From the IMG/VR virus record IMGVR_UViG_3300047299_000067, positions 32,001 to 96,000 of that record: a DNA stretch of 64,000 nt. One strand, given 5' to 3'. The stretch is from a virus. The notes below the pieces were generated by a model. That model was not told the DNA's origin and made no database searches. It saw only the letters and a list, made by a program, of their open reading frames with translations. Positions 54,191 to 61,236 of the stretch are shown piece after piece. Position 1 is the first letter of the stretch. Each line of letters begins with the position of its first letter. A program made the position numbers and the translations under genes.

Positions 54191-55563
54191 TTTGCTGCCT
54201 TTTTATGTGCATCATCATAAACGGAACCTGTCGCTCCATCCCACTCGCCAACGCCCTTGCCATCTTTAAGTGCTTGGCAAATATCACGGTCGCCGTCGAA
54301 GCTATTTGCGCCTGCACGTTTGCAAGCCGCGCGCCAGCCGCTGTAAGTGTTATATTCTGTTTCGTCCATGTGATTTTTTGCTTCTACAACATGACGTAGA
54401 TTTTCGATGAACTCACGAACTTTCTTTGGACGGCCTCGGCTGCTCTTGTATGCACTCAATTGTGCCGCTGTAATAGTCTTACCGGCTTTCTTGTCAATGC
54501 TACCAGAACCCGCGTCCCATGAACCAATAATAGAATATTTGTCGCCTTTAGGAACAACTGCAATAGCTTTTTCTGCACTACCGACAATCTTACGCTCTGG
54601 GTGTTGACGCTTAGACTTATGATACCATAGTCTATAATCGGAAATCTTTTCTGCGCCATCGGTAGTAGAAACTGCTGCACTCGGACGTCCTCTGCTTCTT
54701 ACAGGAGCTGCTGCTTTTGCAACTACTTTAGCTTCTGCATCACGCTTTTTGGCTGCTGGCTTTTTGTTACCCCACGAGTCAAAATCGTCCTCGTCTCCGT
54801 CGTCACCTTGGAATTCGCTGCCATACTTGCCTTTATGTACAACCCCTGTATTTGTTTTAGTTACTGTAGTACCCATACTGGTTTTATGACGCTTGTCATT
54901 AAAACCATACCAATCATCATCTTCATCATCGTAACGTTCCATTACGCGAGATTTTTTACCTTCGGTAATCATTTTTCTATAAGCGATTTTAGCTTCTGTA
55001 ATGTAATCATGCACATCACGGTCAAAGCGTTGTGTTACCCATTCGAAAGGATCACCGTCACGAGCTTTTGCTACTCCATAAGGCATTTCGCCATGCATAG
55101 AATAATAATCGTGCAAGCTGTGATATAAGTCTGTATCTAACTCATCGCCTGCCACAAAATCTTTAACTTCTTTAGGAAAGCGTTGTACAATATGCTTTAA
55201 AGTGTTATCATTTTGCGGAACATGTGTAATATCTTCTTGCACACCAGGTTGGCCGATACGAGTTGCTGCTGCTTGGCTCATTTCACCGCTGCGATCTCTG
55301 TATAACATATCGCGCATTGGTTTCATTAAGCTGTCAAACGTAGCAGGGTTAGCTAACATTTGCATAAACTGCTCTTGTTGTCCGTTTTGTAAAGACTTTT
55401 TATATAAGCCGTAGATAAAACGTGCTTCTGGATACTCTAATGTAACAGGCTCGCTACCTAACATAATAGTAGCAGAACTACCGCTTGTTGCAGCGTTGGC
55501 AATATTCTTTAAATTGCTTGCGCCAGTCATTACTGGACTTTCGTATAATTCAAATAATTTCAT
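54187..55563 (-). CDS. putative capsid-internal modular protein with AT-hook-like RGRP motifs
   Basis: MKLFELYE start; PGVQE, ITE, VVE junctions; two RGRP. Confidence 0.7.
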   Translation of the reverse strand: MKLFELYESPVMTGASNLKNIANAATSGSSATIMLGSEPVTLEYPEARFIYGLYKKSLQNGQQEQFMQMLANPATFDSLMKPMRDMLYRDRSGEMSQAAATRIGQPGVQEDITHVPQNDNTLKHIVQRFPKEVKDFVAGDELDTDLYHSLHDYYSMHGEMPYGVAKARDGDPFEWVTQRFDRDVHDYITEAKIAYRKMITEGKKSRVMERYDDEDDDWYGFNDKRHKTSMGTTVTKTNTGVVHKGKYGSEFQGDDGDEDDFDSWGNKKPAAKKRDAEAKVVAKAAAPVRSRGRPSAAVSTTDGAEKISDYRLWYHKSKRQHPERKIVGSAEKAIAVVPKGDKYSIIGSWDAGSGSIDKKAGKTITAAQLSAYKSSRGRPKKVREFIENLRHVVEAKNHMDETEYNTYSGWRAACKRAGANSFDGDRDICQALKDGKGVGEWDGATGSVYDDAHKKAAK

Positions 55564-55566
55564 GGC

Positions 55567-56025
55567 TTAACCTTTATAATCGCTAAAATCAAAAACTCTC
55601 TTAAGTCTGTCGTATGCTCGAGTGTCGGTGGATTCGTCGAATGGAATTCGAGCAGGAGTTTTTCCGCTCCAAATTCTATGGCTCCTATTTTGAGGGTTTG
55701 GACTCACTCTTGGTCCGTGTGTTTTTTGTTCTTTGTCATTAAAATAACCAAGTTCTTCGTCGTCTTCGTCTTCACCGGAACCATAAGCTCTGCCATGTTT
55801 AACTCCACTGTTTCCCGAAGATTGTGCAGCATGCTTGCTGTTGACAGCATTAATCATGTCGTCCCAGCCTTCCGCCACACCTTGCTTCATTTTTACAGCT
55901 TCCGCTTGTAATTGTTCTAACATAGCAGTGTATTCTGCATGCTGCGATTCACTTAAAGATGTGCGATCAACTTGGCTTAAACGATTAGCCAGTTCATACA
56001 TCTTTTGTGCTCTAAGTTTATCCAT
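55567..56025 (-). CDS. putative capsid-internal protein
   Basis: Contains LSE and KQGVAEGW. Confidence 0.65.
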   Translation of the reverse strand: MDKLRAQKMYELANRLSQVDRTSLSESQHAEYTAMLEQLQAEAVKMKQGVAEGWDDMINAVNSKHAAQSSGNSGVKHGRAYGSGEDEDDEELGYFNDKEQKTHGPRVSPNPQNRSHRIWSGKTPARIPFDESTDTRAYDRLKRVFDFSDYKG

Positions 56026-56212
56026 TGTTCTTAGTTCCTTTTTCTTCCGCTATGTTAGCATAAGGCTTGCGGCTAATTATCTCTTGACCGGATTCTTTGC
56101 GCATACCTCGTGTTTTACGACGACGATGTTGACGCATAAAAGGTAACGAAACTGCGGCAAAGCCGCCTGCTCCTATGCCCATCGAGTCTTCGATAAGTTC
56201 TTTAATCTTCAT
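56018..56212 (-). CDS. small basic putative internal protein
   Basis: MKIKELIED; TAAATA (56218-56223) 5 nt upstream. Confidence 0.65.
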   Translation of the reverse strand: MKIKELIEDSMGIGAGGFAAVSLPFMRQHRRRKTRGMRKESGQEIISRKPYANIAEEKGTKNNG

Positions 56213-56238
56213 GCTTGTATTTAGTCAATTTGTTTCGA

Positions 56239-57597
56239 TTATTTCTTTAAACGCTTAAACTTAGTTCCTAGTAGCTCAGTCATCAGCGGACCTTTTTCTA
56301 CATAGTTTCTTCGTTCTTCGCTGGTAATTTTAACACGGAATTTTAAAAACAATTTACCACTTAGTTCATCATAAATCTCAACTTGCGGCAAACCCACTTT
56401 ATAGTTATAACGTGCAGAAAGTTTAACGCTTGCTAATTTATTTTCCATATCGTCGAACTTCATCATTTTGTATCCGCCGCTAACAAAGTCAATAAGAATA
56501 ACGTTTGGATTGTTTAGTGTTGCAAAATAGTTGATACCTTTTGCCAAATCCTTGATAAACATATATTCGTCTTCGTCGTTATTATATGATAATAACGTAG
56601 CCATGACATCTGCTGCAAATTCATAAACAAATTGTATAGCAGGGACTAGACCTTTTTTCTTAAAGATAGAATCAAATTGCTGCTCAGTTTCTTTAATATC
56701 AATACCAAACTTACTCCAAAGTTCCGTTTGCTTTTTAAAGAAATCGTATAGTCTATCGGAGCCGATTCCAACTTGCCCAAATTGGGCAGCGTCTGCTTTC
56801 AAACTAATATCCAATCGTTTTCTATCTACTTTACCCGTTGTTTTGTCGGTGACTACAATTTCAATGTCTACTTTACTAATTTTTTGCTTTTCTGGGTTGC
56901 CGCCATCGCAAATAATATTGATAATATCGGGGCGGCCATTTAAGTAATAATACTTACTAAATTCAGTATTGTCATCGCTGTTGGCAAAACGTGCTGCACT
57001 AGCTGCTTCATCTTTTAATAACTCGCGCTTTGCAGGGTTTATAAAATCTTGGTAAGGTTCTGGGGGTAACACTAATGTAAAAACAATCTTATCATTTACC
57101 ATAGACTTGCCATCTCTTACACTTACTGCGTAAGTATCTGCACTGGTTTGTGTAAGAGAATCTACAACTGCCCAAATATCATCTTCACTAACTTCTGCAA
57201 TTTGTTTATTCACCCTTGCTTTTAATTTGGCAAATAATGCCGCTGCTAAGATACCTTCGGCTACATCGCCTCGGTTAGAAATTTTATCGCTACCATCGCC
57301 GCCTGTGCCTTTAGAATCTTTAAATTCTGGAGTTTTTTGCAAACTACCTAAAGGAATCGTTGTGCCATTAGTTAGTTTTAGTTTAATAGAACCTGCAAAG
57401 CGTCCTGCATCCATTAGTGCTTCTAATCTATCTGCTTCTGCCGGGTCGATTTCTACTTGTTGCCCATTTGTAGTTTCAAACGGAGATCCAGAACGAATTT
57501 TGTTTAAGAAAACGTCCTTGCGTCCAGGACGTTCGAGGATACCTTTAGCAGCTAATCCCACTTCTAATAATGCTTGTTTAAGTTCTAATAGTTTCAT
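56239..57597 (-). CDS. putative PD-(D/E)xK nuclease-fold protein with capsid-targeting-like N-terminus
   Basis: MKLLELKQALLE; G..AE helix, KVDI..., ISLK....QFGQ; TAAATA (57603-57608) 5 nt upstream. Confidence 0.5.
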   Translation of the reverse strand: MKLLELKQALLEVGLAAKGILERPGRKDVFLNKIRSGSPFETTNGQQVEIDPAEADRLEALMDAGRFAGSIKLKLTNGTTIPLGSLQKTPEFKDSKGTGGDGSDKISNRGDVAEGILAAALFAKLKARVNKQIAEVSEDDIWAVVDSLTQTSADTYAVSVRDGKSMVNDKIVFTLVLPPEPYQDFINPAKRELLKDEAASAARFANSDDNTEFSKYYYLNGRPDIINIICDGGNPEKQKISKVDIEIVVTDKTTGKVDRKRLDISLKADAAQFGQVGIGSDRLYDFFKKQTELWSKFGIDIKETEQQFDSIFKKKGLVPAIQFVYEFAADVMATLLSYNNDEDEYMFIKDLAKGINYFATLNNPNVILIDFVSGGYKMMKFDDMENKLASVKLSARYNYKVGLPQVEIYDELSGKLFLKFRVKITSEERRNYVEKGPLMTELLGTKFKRLKK

Positions 57598-57615
57598 AAT
57601 GATATTTATTTATTT

Positions 57616-57816
57616 TTAGTCTCTGTCCAGAATATCTCTGTTTTCTCGTAGCCATGCTCTTGCTGCATTACTGTCATCGAATATTTTACGTGTGACGCCA
57701 TCGCCGTCTAATACGTGATATCTAACTTCTATGCTGTTATCTGCTCGCTTGCGTCTTGTTTGTTTAATAAAGGCACGACCGTCATCTATATCTTCGTGTA
57801 ATTCTTGTAATCTCAT
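57616..57816 (-). CDS. small putative internal protein
   Basis: MRLQELHED start. Confidence 0.65.
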   Translation of the reverse strand: MRLQELHEDIDDGRAFIKQTRRKRADNSIEVRYHVLDGDGVTRKIFDDSNAARAWLRENRDILDRD

Positions 57817-58889
57817 GAGCGTTTTCCTTTAATCAAATTCATAATACCCGCAAACTTAGCGTGTCTGTCTTCTAAACCTTTTAATCCTGCGTTGATCGGT
57901 TTCGTCACTTGGGTAGTGTCATTAAAATTACTAACTTGAGGCTGCACTCGTTGTTGCCAATACCATACTGCTACTTTAGCTGCAACATCAGGACGTTCTA
58001 CTAGTTCAGGTTTTTGTTCTAACGGCAAACCTAACGCTTGCCCTGCACGTTTATAATTGTCGCGGCCTGTTAGTTGTATAAATCCACGTCCGGCATATTT
58101 TGCTCCATCGCCTGCTGCTTTATTTCCCAGTATCTTAGCTTTACGAGGATTGTGTTTTGGATCGTATTTTCTAAAATCCAAACTGCCGCCAAATTCTTTC
58201 ATACGAGTAAAGTTGGCAGACTCGTGTGCGCATTGTGCTAAAAATTGTGCTAACTCTGCTCCTTTAATACCTGCCGCTTGTGCAGTTTGTATAAGGATTT
58301 TAGCTTGGGGATGCAGTATAAGTTTAGTTGTTTTTGTTTGATCTAGTGCTGCACCAGCCTGCGGCGCTGCTGCGGGCGCTGGTTGTGTAAGTTTTGCAGT
58401 TGCTGGCTGTGCTGTTAGTGCAGCCGCGCCTATAGTCGCTCCTGCTACCCAATCTTTCCATCCCTCATCCACTGGCTCCCATTGCATGCTTTTGCCGCCT
58501 TTTTGTATCGGCGTAAATCCTTGACCTTTGTAGAATTTTGTTAGTTTGGCTTGACTAACTTGTCCTTTGTCCCACGGGAATAACGTCAGTGCGATACCAT
58601 CTTCTCGTGCCATTGCCTGTAGCTGTTGCATAGCACGACTACCAATTCCTGCACGTAATGGGTATGCTTGGAACCATTTAACTTCTACTGCTCCGCGTTT
58701 AGAAAAACTCGGAGTTAGTTCAAACATAGCAAATTGCTCTTCACCAAAAGGCATAACGTGATTGTTTTGCCATGTTTGCGGGTATTTTGCATAGATTTTT
58801 TCAATCCATGATTGAGCAGCCGCGCGACCATTATCGCCTAGCTTTATTCTATTAGGTTCGTTTTCGGATATAATATCACGTATTTGCAT
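57813..58889 (-). CDS. GNAT-like acetyltransferase + GH19 chitinase/lysozyme fusion
   Basis: R.GIGS..M..L, L.KFY..QGF; LAQ..HES, Y.GRG.IQLTG..NY, INAG..GL.DR. Confidence 0.8.
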   Translation of the reverse strand: MQIRDIISENEPNRIKLGDNGRAAAQSWIEKIYAKYPQTWQNNHVMPFGEEQFAMFELTPSFSKRGAVEVKWFQAYPLRAGIGSRAMQQLQAMAREDGIALTLFPWDKGQVSQAKLTKFYKGQGFTPIQKGGKSMQWEPVDEGWKDWVAGATIGAAALTAQPATAKLTQPAPAAAPQAGAALDQTKTTKLILHPQAKILIQTAQAAGIKGAELAQFLAQCAHESANFTRMKEFGGSLDFRKYDPKHNPRKAKILGNKAAGDGAKYAGRGFIQLTGRDNYKRAGQALGLPLEQKPELVERPDVAAKVAVWYWQQRVQPQVSNFNDTTQVTKPINAGLKGLEDRHAKFAGIMNLIKGKRS

Positions 58890-58890
58890 A

Positions 58891-61236
58891 TTATGCCATA
58901 ACAGGAACTACGCTAACTTCGCCGGATATGACTACACCGGGGTTATTCCTGATCCATGTTGCCGCTACTCTATTAGCATCCGATTGACTATTACCTACTC
59001 CACTAAACTTATAAAGTTCTTGCCCCAAGCCATCTACAATCTTCCACTCGCCTGTAAATTGAGTAGGTGCCGTTGCTGCGGGCGCAGTGCTAGTAGCTTG
59101 TGCAGCACGTACATCAAATATAAATCTATGCCCGTAGGTATTCATAGCATGAGCATTAGCTTCTTGTCTTGTTCCTCTAAAGCGTTCTACGACTTCACCT
59201 GTTGCATGATTTGCGATTTCCCAGTCTTGAGCAGATGCTGTGTTTGCACTAGGTTGTGCAGTAGTATCAACCGGCCTAGTAGAAGGCGCAACGCCTGCTG
59301 GTCTGTTATAATCTGCAGGGATTTCGCGAACTTCAACATCTGTTCGCATGTTAGGATTTCCTGCACGAGTTGTTGTTAAAAATTCTTCACCTGCTTCGCG
59401 GCTTGGGAATCTACGCAGCTGGTCATAGTTATTACGATCTCTTGCAAAACGTTCAGAGCTACTAATCCAAATGCCCCAATTTCCTTCTTGAGAAGGTATA
59501 GTCGCAGGCGTTTCTCTATAAGGATACATAGGTTTTGCAGTTGCATTACTCATTGCGTCCGCTCTTCCTGCTACACCCCATTCTACCGCTGCTTTCTGCA
59601 ACGCTTCGTCTTTGTTTGCAGCTACAATTTCAATGCTCGCGCCATTACTAGCACCAGCGCCTTCTTTATCTACGCGCCACCAGTATTTTGTGCCTGGGGG
59701 TATTTTGCCTTTTGACATATCTCGTTGTAGCTGTGCGGAACGAACTTGACGGATTAGTGCATCTTTTGGTAAATCGCCTGCAGAGTAGTTGGCAAACAAT
59801 TCTAAAATACCAGGTTCGTTTGTGCTAGGTGCTAATAGCTTGTATAGCTTTTTGGCATACTCTTGTTTGTATTTTGTTTCATCGATTGCGGCATCCAATG
59901 CTACTACAAATCTAAGTAGCGTAGGCTCGATCATTTCAAAATTAGTGTTTAGCCAGTCGCCGCCGGGGCTGCGAAACTCGATATAACCGTCTTTTGTATT
60001 GATGCTGGTAAATTTATTAGTTATACCGCTGTGTATTACTTTAGCAGCCGCAGTGCCTAGATGTTCTTTCATTTTACCCAATAGTGCAGAAGCTTCGTCG
60101 GGACGAGTTTTAATGTTTTGTTTAACAATACTTAAAGCGCTTTTGCAATAAGTATTACCTAGTCGTCCGAATTCATTTAATACTCGCTCGTCGCCTAACA
60201 ATATAGCTAACTTTACATAATCTAATTTTTCTAAACTATAATTAGGAACACTAACGTTGATGTGCAATCCTGTAGAATTGTTTGTATAACAATTATTGTT
60301 GTCTGCCCATTCCTTGACTGCGATTAAATCTGCCAATAAGTCTTTAATAGGCATAGGCGGGCTAACGAATTCTAAACCTTGATCGCCCGCATTGTCTCCC
60401 TCTAAACTACCGTCGGGCTCTACTACATAACCATCTGGAGTTCTTCTTGCACCATGATAGCTAGTGCTGTAATTTATTTTCTTACCTAAATAGTCGCCAA
60501 ATTCTTTTGCAATTCTGGCTACATTTTCTTCACCGTTACCATAGCTGTCATTTTCTGTCCAGTACGGCCATTCGATATCGAAGTTATTAGAAATATCCGC
60601 CATAGAATAGTATCCAGCATCTTGCAACCAATCATCGCGTAAGTTATTGTCGTTGATATACTCATACCAGCCATTATTTTCCCAGTCTTCATATGCTTCG
60701 TCATAATCAGAACCCATGTCTGCTAGTATTTCATCGACCTTTTCATTCATTAGTTCTTGTGCTCGTGCATCCACTCTGCTACTCAATTCTTCTGCGTTAG
60801 TGCCGAATTCCGGAGTATCGTCCAATATTTCCTGTCTTGCCTGGTCTATAAGTTTATCTTCGTAATCACGTTCTACTAATTCTAAAACAAGTTGATAACT
60901 AGAATCGGCCCACGCTTCTAGTTTCTTCTCGCTTAGCCAGTCACTGTCTTGGAATTCTTCTTCTAACGCTTCCATCAAACGGCGCACGGCTCTGCTTGAG
61001 TTATGTTCGCCATCGTCAAAGAAGCGTTCAATTTCGTCGAAGCTATCTGCGCTAGTATCTTGATCGTAATCGGGTTCCGATTCAAAATCGTCGTCATCTA
61101 TACTTCCGACATCAGGTACAATCATTTCAAATTCCATACCTGCACGAGCATCGATCCCTTGAGCTAACTGTTTTAAGCTAGACGGGCTCATGTTGATTTC
61201 GTTTATAAGTTGTTCTAATATTTCTGTATATTTCAT
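58891..61236 (-). CDS. putative amidoligase (COOH-NH2 ligase) with C-terminal repeats
   Basis: GMEFE, PDGSL, EFVSPP, TN.STGLHINVS, K..SIN, IEFR; MKYTEILE start. Confidence 0.75.
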   Translation of the reverse strand: MKYTEILEQLINEINMSPSSLKQLAQGIDARAGMEFEMIVPDVGSIDDDDFESEPDYDQDTSADSFDEIERFFDDGEHNSSRAVRRLMEALEEEFQDSDWLSEKKLEAWADSSYQLVLELVERDYEDKLIDQARQEILDDTPEFGTNAEELSSRVDARAQELMNEKVDEILADMGSDYDEAYEDWENNGWYEYINDNNLRDDWLQDAGYYSMADISNNFDIEWPYWTENDSYGNGEENVARIAKEFGDYLGKKINYSTSYHGARRTPDGYVVEPDGSLEGDNAGDQGLEFVSPPMPIKDLLADLIAVKEWADNNNCYTNNSTGLHINVSVPNYSLEKLDYVKLAILLGDERVLNEFGRLGNTYCKSALSIVKQNIKTRPDEASALLGKMKEHLGTAAAKVIHSGITNKFTSINTKDGYIEFRSPGGDWLNTNFEMIEPTLLRFVVALDAAIDETKYKQEYAKKLYKLLAPSTNEPGILELFANYSAGDLPKDALIRQVRSAQLQRDMSKGKIPPGTKYWWRVDKEGAGASNGASIEIVAANKDEALQKAAVEWGVAGRADAMSNATAKPMYPYRETPATIPSQEGNWGIWISSSERFARDRNNYDQLRRFPSREAGEEFLTTTRAGNPNMRTDVEVREIPADYNRPAGVAPSTRPVDTTAQPSANTASAQDWEIANHATGEVVERFRGTRQEANAHAMNTYGHRFIFDVRAAQATSTAPAATAPTQFTGEWKIVDGLGQELYKFSGVGNSQSDANRVAATWIRNNPGVVISGEVSVVPVMA

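Noticed and set aside
57250-57275. GDVAEG in the 452-aa protein as another cassette junction
   Set aside because: The DNA matches the repeat only partly, and the Glu sits in what looks like the conserved nuclease-fold helix
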